Shown here: positions 42,972-53,367 of the stretch, in pieces
How positions within the stretch are numbered: the stretch's first letter is position 1
Layout of the letters: each line of letters opens with the position of its first letter
Source of the DNA: a bacterium
Lineage (GTDB): Bacteria; Zixibacteria; MSB-5A5; GN15; FEB-12
Direction of reading: 5' to 3'
Length of the DNA stretch: 64,000 nucleotides
Assembly: GCA_043811375.1 (NCBI GenBank)
Contig: JBDRNJ010000006.1
Location: forward strand, 1-64,000
Program-made: the position numbers and the translations under genes
The notes under the pieces: generated by a model
Database searches by the model: none
What the model was told of the DNA's origin: nothing
The model's input: the letters and a program-made list of their open reading frames with translations, nothing else

Positions 42972-44504
42972 ATGAAGTCCTGCCTGATAAGCTGTGCTGT
43001 GTTGATAGTAATACTGGCCGGTACCGGTGCGGCACAAACCTCGCAAGATTATGAGTACATTAATTATATCATGGAGAGACCTTTCGTCGAAGGCTACCAC
43101 TTCGATTTCACCGGTGGTGGTGCTCGCGCCGAGGGCATGGGTAAGGCTTTCATCGCTGTTTCTGACGACATAACTGCCGGTAGCTGGAACCCGGCTGGTC
43201 TGTATGTCCAGGAGAAACCGATCATCTCGCTCAGTTGGGCATCTTTGGATCCGCGGGGTTCGACCAATTCGAACGTATTCGAAGGCAGTGCGATATTCGA
43301 TCACAGCGGTCGCTTCAGCGGGATTTCAGCCTTCAGCTTCATAGCACCCCTGAGAATCAAGGGGCACCATTTTGTCGGCTCATTCAGTCTAACGCGCAAT
43401 TTCGATGAGTTTCAGGGTGACGGCTTTGTCGGGCACGGTGACAGCATCAGTAATATCGCCGGGCAGGATATGTTCAATGTCTCTTCGGACTTCCACTATG
43501 TCTCAGAATTGCAGGGCGGGCTCAATTCTGTCAATATCGGTTTCGGTACTCGAGTTTATCGCAATCTCTCGTTTGGCGCCAGCATGAACGTCTATACCGG
43601 GAAAATGGTGCGTGACCAGTATTTTGATGCTTTTGAGAGGTGGGTGTCTTTGAAACCGGATGTGGTCGATAGTAGACGGATTACCGGTCACGCCACTATC
43701 CTTGATACCAGCAGCTTTTCAGGATACAACGTTAATATCGGTTTCAAGTTGAAGGGGGAGGCTCTGGATGTTGGTCTGGTGGTGCGGACACCATTCTCTC
43801 TGAACATCAATACAGGCCGGTCAATCTACACTATTAACCGACGAGCCGCTCTGGATCAAGGTCAACTGGTCACGGTTGGTTCTGATACTGTATATTTTGA
43901 TGATCTACTGACTAAATACAGTATGCCTCTGATGATCGGCGCCGGGGTTGTCTGGCGAGCTTCTGAGAAGTGGCTGCTGGCGACCGATATCGAGTATCGC
44001 GGTTTCAGCAGCGGTCAAGTCGAACGGCGAGACTCTTTGCGCATTGACCCGGGCGGAAGCAACGAAGAGTACTATACTAAAATTGACCCGCGGTGGAATG
44101 ACGTGTTCACAGTCCGTTTGGGAACCGAGTACTTGCATCAGACCGGTATCGGCCTGATTCCGCTACGGGCCGGTTTTGGTTATCTGCCCACTCCGGCACC
44201 CAGTATCGACGTTGACGGACGAACCTCGTCAGCGGTCAACTACAACCTGTCGCTGGGATTTGGTATTCACTGGAATCAGATCCATCTAGACTGGGGCTAC
44301 ACGTATTCGATAATTGATTGGGAAATGTCTGACCAATATGAACCTGTCAACGACCCTGATCAACCCCGCATCGTCCGCAATCGCCACAACGATTGGGCCT
44401 ATACACTCACCAAGGAAACCTGGGAAGACACCGATCCGAGCGTTATTATGGAACAGAAAAACCGCAACCATCACCTGAGTTTCACGTTCACCGGGTATTT
44501 CTAA
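42972..44504 (+). CDS. Outer-membrane beta-barrel (FadL/OmpP1/PorV-like)
   Basis: Signal peptide; GARAEGMGKAF..WNPAGL hatch motif; C-terminal F (TFTGYF). Confidence 0.8.
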   Translation: MKSCLISCAVLIVILAGTGAAQTSQDYEYINYIMERPFVEGYHFDFTGGGARAEGMGKAFIAVSDDITAGSWNPAGLYVQEKPIISLSWASLDPRGSTNSNVFEGSAIFDHSGRFSGISAFSFIAPLRIKGHHFVGSFSLTRNFDEFQGDGFVGHGDSISNIAGQDMFNVSSDFHYVSELQGGLNSVNIGFGTRVYRNLSFGASMNVYTGKMVRDQYFDAFERWVSLKPDVVDSRRITGHATILDTSSFSGYNVNIGFKLKGEALDVGLVVRTPFSLNINTGRSIYTINRRAALDQGQLVTVGSDTVYFDDLLTKYSMPLMIGAGVVWRASEKWLLATDIEYRGFSSGQVERRDSLRIDPGGSNEEYYTKIDPRWNDVFTVRLGTEYLHQTGIGLIPLRAGFGYLPTPAPSIDVDGRTSSAVNYNLSLGFGIHWNQIHLDWGYTYSIIDWEMSDQYEPVNDPDQPRIVRNRHNDWAYTLTKETWEDTDPSVIMEQKNRNHHLSFTFTGYF

Positions 44505-44629
44505 ACAGATCGCTTCAGGCAGGACAGGTCCACAAGAGGTTGCAGGAAAGGATCAAGTGCCGATCTAATATGATGATGATCGGTTGCCGATAATGGCCAC
44601 AGAGCCATGTTCACTAATGGGAGTTCCCA

Positions 44630-45304
44630 ATGTACGGTAAGACCAAGCTGAGTAAAAGACAGATCAAGGAAGATAAATTCACGGTTTTCATGCTGACCGC
44701 CAGGAACCAGGTGCTTGACAACTGGCAGTACCTGGCCCTTGGTTTGATAGTGGTGGTGCTGGCTATTGCCGGTATCGTTTACTACTTCAACTCTCAGCAG
44801 ACACAACGAGAAGAGGCAGCGACACAACTGGCACGAGCCATGCTGGACTACCGGGCCGGAAACAATCAGGTGGCAGTTATGGGTTTGAACCAGGTGGTCC
44901 AGGAATTCGGCGGTGATCAGGTTGCCGAGCAGGCCACATTTATGCTGGGTAGTATCAACTACGAGATCCGCAATTATCCGGAAGCGATCAGTCATTTTGA
45001 GGCTTACCTGTCACACTATCCCGACAATCGTTTCTACCGAGCGGCCTCTCAAGCCGGTATAGCTTCCTGCCTGGAGACTCAGGGCCAGAATCGCCAGGCG
45101 GCCGAAAAGTTTGCTGCCGCCTGCGCAGAATACCTCGATGGGCCGCTGGCCGCCGAGTATAATATGTCGGCGATGCGCAATTATCTTGATGCCGGAGAGA
45201 TAGATCAGGCCAGAACTCATCTGCAGACGCTGCAGGATGATTTTGCCGGTTCGGACCTGGTTAATTGGGCTATTCGCGTATTCCACGAAAAGAGTCCGGG
45301 ATAA
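44630..45304 (+). CDS. Membrane-anchored TPR protein (YfgM-like)
   Basis: LSKRQIKEDKF, one TM, helical repeats. Confidence 0.75.
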   Translation: MYGKTKLSKRQIKEDKFTVFMLTARNQVLDNWQYLALGLIVVVLAIAGIVYYFNSQQTQREEAATQLARAMLDYRAGNNQVAVMGLNQVVQEFGGDQVAEQATFMLGSINYEIRNYPEAISHFEAYLSHYPDNRFYRAASQAGIASCLETQGQNRQAAEKFAAACAEYLDGPLAAEYNMSAMRNYLDAGEIDQARTHLQTLQDDFAGSDLVNWAIRVFHEKSPG

Positions 45305-45331
45305 GCAGTTCCGTCTGCAGGTAGGTGCCCC

Positions 45332-47461
45332 TTGTCCAATCAGCCTGCTTTGAAGGTCGCCATCCTCTGGCACATGCACCAGCCCGACTATCAACAACCC
45401 GATTCCAAGAGTATGGTTCTGCCGTGGGTGCGTCTCCATGCCACCAAGGACTATCTCGATATGCCGTTGCTGGCCTCCGAATTCGAGAGAGTCCGCCTCA
45501 CTTTCAATCTGGTGCCTTCGCTCATAGAGCAACTCCAACTTTACCTGGATGGCGGCAGCGATCGTCATCTGCAACTGTCTCGCCGGGAAGCTCACAATCT
45601 GTCGGAACCGGACCGGCGTGAGATTCTCGACACTTTTTTCGCCTCTCATCCGCCACGCATGATCGAACCTTACCCACGTTATCATGAACTCTACGCCAAA
45701 ATCAGAAAGAACCTGGGGGATCCGATTCTGCCGGCTCTTTTCTCGTCGGAGGAAATCCGTGACCTGCAGGTGTGGTCCAACCTGGTCTGGGTCGATCCGA
45801 TGTTCCGCGGTGAGGAGCCGATCCGTTCACTTCTTGATAAAGGAAAACATTTCACGGAAGTCGAAAAGCAGGCCCTTCTGGACTGGCAACTACAACTGAT
45901 TGCCCGGATTATTCCAACTTACCGGACTCTTCTCGAAGAAGGTCGTATAGATATTTCTTTTACACCCTATTACCACCCGATTTTGCCGTTACTGTGCGAC
46001 ACCAACAGCGCTCTGGAGGCGGTTCCCGGAATGACACTGCCGCGTCATCGGTTTCAGCACCCGGAGGATGCTCAGTGGCACGTGGCTAGGTCGCAGGAGT
46101 TGTATACTTCTCTGTTTGGTCGCCCAATGAACGGTATGTGGCCCTCTGAGGGCTCCGTATCCGAAGAAGTGGCAGCTTTGCTGATCAAGCAGGGTATCCG
46201 CTGGGCGGCCACTGATGAGGAGATACTGAAGCACTCATTGAACAAAGCAGGCCTGGACCCGGCCGAGAACCCGCAACACAGTGTCTATGAATACGGGCCC
46301 GGTCTGAAACTTTTCTTCCGCGACCACGCCCTGTCAGATCGGATCGGGTTTGTCTACTCGGACTGGGATGCCGACAAAGCAGCAGCGGATTTCATTCATC
46401 ACCTGAAGAACTTGCGGTCGTTGCTGTTGAATCAAATCGACTCGGCCGTAGTGCCGATCATTCTTGACGGAGAGAATTGCTGGGAGTATTTCGCCAACGA
46501 CGGACAGGATTTTCTCCGGCAGACGTACCGGTTGCTCAATGAGGACCCGGAGATTGAAGCCGTCACTATGACCGAGGCAGCCGAGACTATCCCGGCGCGC
46601 CGGCTTCCCCGGTTGTTCGCCGGCTCATGGATTAACCACAGTTTTCGTATCTGGATCGGACATCCGGAAGACAATGCCGCCTGGGAACTGTTGCACCAGG
46701 CCAGAGAGACTCTGGTTCGGTTCGAACAAGACAACCCCGGCTTTGGTGAGCGGAAACTGGCGCTCGCCTGGAAACAGATCTACATCGCCGAGGGCTCTGA
46801 CTGGTGCTGGTGGTATGGCGATGAGCACCGGGGTCAGGGTAATGAGGAGTTCGACCGGATATTCCGACAACATCTCGCGGCAGTATACGACTGTATCGGC
46901 AGGGAAGTTCCTCTGGAGTTTCTCAATCCTATCTACCGGGAAACGGCCATGTCCAGGGCAACACTGCCGGACCAGTTACTCACGCCGGTTATTGACGGAT
47001 GCCGGACGCACTTTTATGAGTGGGCTGGAGCGGGTATCTTTGACTGTCAGGAGGCCGGGGGAGCCATGCATCGGGTCGACCGCTATATCTCAAGAATCTC
47101 CTTTGCCTACGATCAGGAGCAAGTGTATATTTGTCTGGATTTTATGGATCGACGAGCGCTGGATTCTCTGGATCGTCCGGGTTTTCAGTTGACCTTCTTC
47201 ACTCCCGAGGTGAAGCGGGTAAGCTTTGCCGTAACCGCCGATCAGCCCGATGGTGGCCAGACGGGGAAGTTCCGGTATTGCCTGGGAGAGATTCTGGAAG
47301 CAGCAGTGGCGCGATCCTTTCTGTGGCAGCCCGGTTTCGGCACACTCGGCCTGACGGTGACATTACTTGATGGAGATGTGAGTTTGGAGACTCAACCCGA
47401 AGGCGAACCCGTTATGTTGGACGTATATGAACGTAATATGGAGTTGTTCTGGCCTTCATGA
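45332..47461 (+). CDS. Glycoside hydrolase family 57 (amylopullulanase-like)
   Basis: WHMHQP; HPILPL; WPSE; ILDGEN; AEGSDWCWW. Confidence 0.93.
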   Translation: MSNQPALKVAILWHMHQPDYQQPDSKSMVLPWVRLHATKDYLDMPLLASEFERVRLTFNLVPSLIEQLQLYLDGGSDRHLQLSRREAHNLSEPDRREILDTFFASHPPRMIEPYPRYHELYAKIRKNLGDPILPALFSSEEIRDLQVWSNLVWVDPMFRGEEPIRSLLDKGKHFTEVEKQALLDWQLQLIARIIPTYRTLLEEGRIDISFTPYYHPILPLLCDTNSALEAVPGMTLPRHRFQHPEDAQWHVARSQELYTSLFGRPMNGMWPSEGSVSEEVAALLIKQGIRWAATDEEILKHSLNKAGLDPAENPQHSVYEYGPGLKLFFRDHALSDRIGFVYSDWDADKAAADFIHHLKNLRSLLLNQIDSAVVPIILDGENCWEYFANDGQDFLRQTYRLLNEDPEIEAVTMTEAAETIPARRLPRLFAGSWINHSFRIWIGHPEDNAAWELLHQARETLVRFEQDNPGFGERKLALAWKQIYIAEGSDWCWWYGDEHRGQGNEEFDRIFRQHLAAVYDCIGREVPLEFLNPIYRETAMSRATLPDQLLTPVIDGCRTHFYEWAGAGIFDCQEAGGAMHRVDRYISRISFAYDQEQVYICLDFMDRRALDSLDRPGFQLTFFTPEVKRVSFAVTADQPDGGQTGKFRYCLGEILEAAVARSFLWQPGFGTLGLTVTLLDGDVSLETQPEGEPVMLDVYERNMELFWPS

Positions 47462-47488
47462 TAAGGGCACCGCTGTTGCCCGGGAGGA

Positions 47489-47908
47489 ATGATGACCGAA
47501 TCGTTTTTCAAAAACGAACCTGACCAACAATCATCGGAAAGCATCCCCGATCTTGAAGATGACGCGACCCAGGCGGCCGATGATACGACGGGTGCTGAGG
47601 AGAGCTTCAGGACGGAAGAGGGTCGAATGGCAGCTATTTTGTCGTACATCCCGTTGATTTGCTTCATACCGTTACTGAACATGAAAGACAATCGGGAAGC
47701 ACGTTTCCATGCCCGTCAGGGTGTCATCCTGTTTCTGATCGAACTGGTAGCGATTCTGTTTCTGGTTGACGGTATCTCTGATTTTATCTTCAAAGGTATC
47801 CTGATTCTGGCTGTTGCCCTGTCTGTGGCCGGTATCTATTTTGCGTTGCAGGGCAAGAGTTACCGACTGCCGGTTATCGGCGATCTGGCCGACCGAACCA
47901 AACTCTGA
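47489..47908 (+). CDS. DUF4870-like membrane protein
   Basis: AILSY..RFHARQG..YRLPVIG. Confidence 0.75.
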   Translation: MMTESFFKNEPDQQSSESIPDLEDDATQAADDTTGAEESFRTEEGRMAAILSYIPLICFIPLLNMKDNREARFHARQGVILFLIELVAILFLVDGISDFIFKGILILAVALSVAGIYFALQGKSYRLPVIGDLADRTKL

Positions 47909-48064
47909 AGGGCTCGCTGTTGGCGTTATCAGGCGTAACGACCGGTTTTCCGGCTGCATAAGCGCTTTGTAGGCGGACGCCGGCGGCGTGAAAATCGCTT
48001 TCAGAATAAGGGTGCATGTATTATCTTAAAGTACAACGAACAAACGTAAATCGGGAGAAAAAAT

Positions 48065-49057
48065 ATGAAAAGGCTTCTGAGCATCCTGCTGATATTGCCG
48101 CTGGTACTCTGGACCGGCTGCGGTGATGATAACGGCACCAACGGTGATGATGATGATAAAATTATCAGGTTGGTGGCCAATACGTCCGTCGGGTCACCAG
48201 ATATCACGATCGTCGACGATCCCGTCTGGGACAGTGTGGCGACCACGACCATTGCGGTCAGTACTACCGTGGCCCCCAAAGTGCGACCGCCGCTGGCCCT
48301 GGGGGTGGCCAATTCGATCAGCCTGAAAGCGATCAAGAAAAACGACAGCCTGTTTATCCAAGCCGTCTGGAGCGATGACAGCCTGCATCTGGTCAAGGAT
48401 GCTTTCGCGGTCTTCTTTGATGAAGGAGGAGGGCTTCAGTTTACCCATCAAAAGGACGCTTACTTCGAAGATCAGTTAATGCTGATGTTTACTCTGCCCG
48501 GCAGTACTTGGTATGATGTCTGGAACTGGCGATCGTTGCAGACGGCCCAGGGTTTCCTGGCCGAGGGCGCCAATTACTATCCTGCTGAAATTGATGATTC
48601 TCTTTATTGGGTTATTGACGATGGTAACAGCAAAGTTTACTGGGTGAATCAACCGATTGGAGAATCTACAACACCGACGTACCTGCACAAGGACGGGTCT
48701 GGTTTCCACGGCCAGGTGATGAATAACCTGGACAGGATGACTTATAGATACTTAAGCGGATGGGAAGATGGTCAGATAATTCCCGGCTGGTCCATCGATA
48801 CCAGTGTTGCCGGTATCGTTGCTACAGCTCCGGAAAGTCGCTGGGATGTGACGTCGGCCTATGCCTACGATTCTGATGTGGACCAGTTTACGGTTGTTCT
48901 GACCCGCAAGCTGAACACCGGCTCGAACGATGACCTGGATCTTTCGACAGTCGGCTCGGTTTCTATGAAGGTTGGGGTGTTCAACAATCAATCGGCATTA
49001 TTGCTGGGTGGTTCGCAGAGAGGTTTTACAAAAGAGTTCTTATTGGTCCTGCCGTAA
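48065..49057 (+). CDS. Lipoprotein with EbdC/DOMON(CBM9)-like domain
   Basis: Lipobox WTG-C; LKAI..LFIQAVWSD; EDQLMLMF; DVWNWR; VVLTRKLNT. Confidence 0.65.
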   Translation: MKRLLSILLILPLVLWTGCGDDNGTNGDDDDKIIRLVANTSVGSPDITIVDDPVWDSVATTTIAVSTTVAPKVRPPLALGVANSISLKAIKKNDSLFIQAVWSDDSLHLVKDAFAVFFDEGGGLQFTHQKDAYFEDQLMLMFTLPGSTWYDVWNWRSLQTAQGFLAEGANYYPAEIDDSLYWVIDDGNSKVYWVNQPIGESTTPTYLHKDGSGFHGQVMNNLDRMTYRYLSGWEDGQIIPGWSIDTSVAGIVATAPESRWDVTSAYAYDSDVDQFTVVLTRKLNTGSNDDLDLSTVGSVSMKVGVFNNQSALLLGGSQRGFTKEFLLVLP

Positions 49058-49209
49058 GCGGGCCGGGTCGCCGACTGAAGCATTTTACTTGTTTTCCAAC
49101 GGGGACTGAGTTGTTCCCTTTATCTACAGGTCTGTCCGCCGGTTGAACAAACTGCCCGGTGTCGGGTATTTATCTACAGATCAGCTAAAACGCATCCGAT
49201 ACATGCACC

Positions 49210-50052
49210 ATGAGGCTGCTCTGCTTAGTGCCGACAACTGCCGTCATGGTGCTGCTTTCGACCGTTTGCCTGTTTGGCCAGGAAGTGCTGCATCCGGCCG
49301 GTTATTCGATCGTAATCCGTTACGACGTAAGCGCTGATACCGTCACTCTCGGTGATACCCTGACTGTCAGCCGGGTGATCCTCAACCAGGAAGCCTTTGA
49401 TCTGACCGGGCTCTATTTTGGTGACAATCTCCCTTCCGAATTCCAGGTGACGGGGTTTTCTGTCTCAATCAACGATACTCAGGTTGATGCCATAACCAGC
49501 GGTCCTTTCCGTGACTCGATCCTGTCCGGGTACGATACCTATTATTGGGTGGTCGATTCTCCTGACACCGCTGAGCATCTCCAGAACCCGCTGGGACCCG
49601 CCGACAGTGCAGTTCTGCAGCTCAGGATTGTAGCCGGTGATCTTGGCGATTATACCCTGCCGTATCATGCAACCGTATTCTATGGAGCGGCGTCCGGTTT
49701 TTTTGTCACCGGCGACTCCGCAGTTGTTACCGTCACTATGGCTTCAGGTGTCGGTGACGATAACCGGCCGGAAGGTTTGCCGGAGGATTTCCTGATTTCA
49801 ACCGCCTATCCCAATCCGTTCAATTCCGAGGCGGTTATTACATACCAAGGAAATTCGGTCAGAGGTCACCGATTGCTGCTTGAAGTTTTTAACGTGTTGG
49901 GTCAGACAGTTACCCGCCGGGAGTTCGACGGTGTGACCGATCAGGGCGAAATCTGCTGGTCGCCGCCATCAAACCTCGGTACGGGCGCTTATTATTACCG
50001 CGTCAGTGCCGGCTCCGCCAGTGCCGAAGGAAAGCTGATGCTGTTGAAATAA
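49210..50052 (+). CDS. Secreted protein with T9SS/FlgD-like C-terminal domain
   Basis: Signal peptide; AYPNPFN..FNVLGQ..GAYYYR..KLMLLK. Confidence 0.8.
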   Translation: MRLLCLVPTTAVMVLLSTVCLFGQEVLHPAGYSIVIRYDVSADTVTLGDTLTVSRVILNQEAFDLTGLYFGDNLPSEFQVTGFSVSINDTQVDAITSGPFRDSILSGYDTYYWVVDSPDTAEHLQNPLGPADSAVLQLRIVAGDLGDYTLPYHATVFYGAASGFFVTGDSAVVTVTMASGVGDDNRPEGLPEDFLISTAYPNPFNSEAVITYQGNSVRGHRLLLEVFNVLGQTVTRREFDGVTDQGEICWSPPSNLGTGAYYYRVSAGSASAEGKLMLLK

Positions 50053-50087
50053 GCGATCTGCCCCGTCATTAAATAGGGCTATTTGTC

Positions 50088-51200
50088 ATGAGAAGACTAC
50101 TAACCGTCATGTTGTTGACCGGGTTGATATCCGGTGCCGTACAGGCTGCCCAACAACGAGTCTCGATCCTGTTTGTACATTACTCGGTCGGGACCCAGAT
50201 AACGCAGGGATACTGCTGGGATCCCCAGTATCGTCGGAATATCATCGAGACACTGGACACGATGACAATTGTTGCTTCCTCGGACACGGCTGACATTGTT
50301 TTTCGCAGTTACCGTATGAACAACGAAGGAGCCGGCAACCCGCTCAGCGATACACTGCCGGGTCCCAGTGAAAACTGGTGTGGCTTTGACCGGTTCAGCG
50401 GTTTTGAGTACGACTTCTATGGCGCCGACTACAACCGGATGCGTATCTGGAACAACGACGACGGTTTCTCCGGTGACGCCTTTGCCGGATTGATCGACCA
50501 GTTCTTTAATATTCCGGGCAAAGAAAGCATGTTGTTCTGGAAGATGTTCACGACTCACAATGTGCCCTCAGGATTCCCCGATTCCGTGACAGAAACAGAT
50601 GGCTATGATCTGGTTATAATCAAGAATCCCTTTGCCTGCTGGGCACAGATGACAACGGCGCAATCGGATTCCATCAAGATTCTGTATCAGGCGGTACGGG
50701 ATTCGATCATCAACCATCCCGAAATCAATGTGGCGCTCGCTTTCGGTACCCCCCTGGTGGTCGGTCCGGAACAGGCCGACTCCAGCATGGGCAAGATCAC
50801 CTACCGGTTGGCTACCTGGTTCGCCAGTGACAGTTTTTTCATGCATGACAATACCGGCACCTATCGCAACATCTGGAAATGGGATTCCTATCGAGGTATG
50901 TGTGAGATGAGTCCGGACAGCTCCAACCGTTACTGTCTGAAAAGGCAGTACAGCGTCAGTCCCGGGGGTGGCGATTCGCACCTCAGTCACGCCGGTTCCA
51001 CCGCCGCTCAGGAGAGCATGGTCGGTTTCATTCGGTTGGCAGTGACCGATCTGCTTATTCAGCGGGGTGCTGAACCGGATTTGCCGTCACCTCAACAACG
51101 CCTGGAAATTGACCGCAAGATCAACGACTTCCGGATTGGCGCCGCCACCGAGCAGGAAGTTCTGGGGTTGATCGCCGGCTACAATACCGGCAGCCAATAG
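50088..51200 (+). CDS. Secreted hypothetical protein, possible SGNH-like fold
   Basis: Signal peptide AQA; ILFVHYSVG near N-terminus and DSH near C-terminus. Confidence 0.65.
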   Translation: MRRLLTVMLLTGLISGAVQAAQQRVSILFVHYSVGTQITQGYCWDPQYRRNIIETLDTMTIVASSDTADIVFRSYRMNNEGAGNPLSDTLPGPSENWCGFDRFSGFEYDFYGADYNRMRIWNNDDGFSGDAFAGLIDQFFNIPGKESMLFWKMFTTHNVPSGFPDSVTETDGYDLVIIKNPFACWAQMTTAQSDSIKILYQAVRDSIINHPEINVALAFGTPLVVGPEQADSSMGKITYRLATWFASDSFFMHDNTGTYRNIWKWDSYRGMCEMSPDSSNRYCLKRQYSVSPGGGDSHLSHAGSTAAQESMVGFIRLAVTDLLIQRGAEPDLPSPQQRLEIDRKINDFRIGAATEQEVLGLIAGYNTGSQ

Positions 51201-51374
51201 AGACAAACGGCTACACTATACATCCGGCCCTGTCGCTGGCCTGAAGACAAACCCGCCCATAAGCAGGCGGTGTCTATTTCTTTCGTCTATAGCGTTAAAA
51301 ATCTGCTTGCCAAACAGGTCGGGACAATATATATTGTTCTCAGTCATACGGATGTTCGCGCCACGGAGGATATC

Positions 51375-52907
51375 ATGTTTAACCGCCCGCTTGTTGCCAC
51401 GCTGATAATTTGCTTATTGACAGTATTTTGCTCGGTATCGATTGTGGCCGGTCCGGCGGTGCGCCTGTCGGTTAGCCACGCAGGATTGGTGGGCCAACCT
51501 GCCGGCCTGACGATTACGGCCGATAGCCTCGGCTTCGCCCCCGGCGGCTTTGACCTGCTGCTGGCCTATAACCAGACCGCGGCCGCATTGTACCAGGTGA
51601 TCCCCGGCCAGTTCATCAAGGACTGTCAGTGGGACTATTTCACTTATCGGATTATGACCGACACAGCCGGGGTGTACGACCTGGGCGATTTCACCCATCT
51701 ACTGAGTATATCAGCCAGAGCGGGAGACGCGCCGGTTTGCCCCCCGACTGATTCCGTCTGGGAACTGGCCAATTTGGATTTCATCGTCAGCATGCCTCAT
51801 CCCGGCAACAATATTGAATGCCAATGGCTGCCGATCCGTTTCTTCTGGCGCGACTGCGATGACAATGTGCTTTTTTCCACCGGCAACGATACTGTCTACA
51901 CTGGTGCCCACCTGTTTGAATACTATTATCCTGATCCGATAGAATTAACTCTTCCTTTTCCCGGTTTTGGGGTGCCTCAGCCACCCTGTCCCGACCCACC
52001 GGGACAGATCGCCCTCGATACCCTCAGCTTCTACAACGGGGGTATTGATGTCATGTGTCCGACGTCCCTACGGGGCGATGTCAACCTGAATGGTATCCAT
52101 TATGAGATGGCTGATGCCGTTCTCTTTATGAGCTACTTCATCTGGGGTATTCCGGTGTTCATTATTAACCCTGAGTGGCAGTTGGAGCAGTGTGACATTA
52201 ATTTCGACGGCATTGTCGGTGTCAATGACCTGGTATTGATGATTCGCATCATTAGCGGTCATATTCCTCCCATTCTGGGCAGCTATAAAGTGAGCCCGCC
52301 GGCGGCACATGGCGTGTCGAGCTTCGATGGTCGGACCTGGCAACTGGGTGATCTCGACCGAGAGGTTGCTGCCGTCTATTCTCGCTGGGTCGGCACCGGG
52401 GCGGAAGTGTTGATATCGTCTGACGTTTCATTTACGGGACCTGAGTTTGAAATGGGCCGAATCGGCGATACCACCACGATGCTGCTGCTCAACACCGATG
52501 GCTCACCAGTGTTGACGGCCGGATCGCACCAATTGATTCAATTCGATAGACCGGGTTTGACGCTTCAGGAGTTGCAGGTAGTCGATGTCTATGGGCGTTC
52601 GTTCCGAATCGTTCATACCGGTTCGGTATTACCGGATAATTTTGAACTGCACCAGAATTACCCCAACCCCTTCAACCCGTCGACCAACATAGCCTTCTAC
52701 CTGGCCGACCGTTCGGACTGGCAACTGTCGGTTTTTAACATCAGGGGTCAGATAGTCCGGCAGTTCAGCGGTCAGGATCAGGGCCAGGTAACGATTGAGT
52801 GGGATGGAACCGATGCTGCCGGGCACCAGGTTGCCTCCGGTGTATATTTCTACCGGCTCGATGGCGGTTATGGCTCGGCTGTCAGGAAAATGATCCTGTT
52901 GCGCTGA
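51375..52907 (+). CDS. Secreted cohesin-like + dockerin-like + T9SS/FlgD C-terminal domain protein
   Basis: GGFDLLLAY; GDVNLNG..AD / DINFDG..VND duplicated Ca-loop; QNYPNPFNPST..ASGVYFYRL. Confidence 0.8.
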   Translation: MFNRPLVATLIICLLTVFCSVSIVAGPAVRLSVSHAGLVGQPAGLTITADSLGFAPGGFDLLLAYNQTAAALYQVIPGQFIKDCQWDYFTYRIMTDTAGVYDLGDFTHLLSISARAGDAPVCPPTDSVWELANLDFIVSMPHPGNNIECQWLPIRFFWRDCDDNVLFSTGNDTVYTGAHLFEYYYPDPIELTLPFPGFGVPQPPCPDPPGQIALDTLSFYNGGIDVMCPTSLRGDVNLNGIHYEMADAVLFMSYFIWGIPVFIINPEWQLEQCDINFDGIVGVNDLVLMIRIISGHIPPILGSYKVSPPAAHGVSSFDGRTWQLGDLDREVAAVYSRWVGTGAEVLISSDVSFTGPEFEMGRIGDTTTMLLLNTDGSPVLTAGSHQLIQFDRPGLTLQELQVVDVYGRSFRIVHTGSVLPDNFELHQNYPNPFNPSTNIAFYLADRSDWQLSVFNIRGQIVRQFSGQDQGQVTIEWDGTDAAGHQVASGVYFYRLDGGYGSAVRKMILLR

Positions 52908-52930
52908 TCAGTGAGATTACATCGCATTTA

Positions 52931-53311
52931 TGCTTCGACTCCGCTCAGCATGACAGCCTTCGGCTGATTTATGGGTTCCCCGGTCCACCTCAGTCTCACA
53001 TTCATTGCTTAAAACTTATGTGGCGATGCCACTTACCCTTCGACTCCGCTCAGGGTGACGACATTCGCTGCCTTGTGAAACATTCTTTTGGGACAACCTC
53101 TGGACATCTGCCGGTCACAAGTGGTTTTATTCTTGTAGGGCAGGTCTCCTTGAAACCTGCCAAGAAGTCGGAACCACCCTTCGACAAGCTCAGGACAGGC
53201 AGGGGTTCCGACCCAGACTGGCAATGCCACCGGTCGGGTCACTCCTCGCCCGGAGGCGAGCCAAGACCCAACCGAACAAACGGATTGCGACACAGCCTGG
53301 GAGTCGAAGGG
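52931..53311. repeat. Mosaic of REP-like repeats between convergent genes
   Basis: CTTCGACTCCGCTCAG at 52933 and 53038, variant at 53179, inverted GAGTCGAAGG at 53301; GTAG-palindrome at 53135; 61-nt unit 53217-53277 repeated at 62967-63027. Confidence 0.75.
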
Positions 53312-53367
53312 CGGCTGTATCTCCGAGCACGTCTTCTATTGTCGCCGCGACACCATGAAATCAGGTA

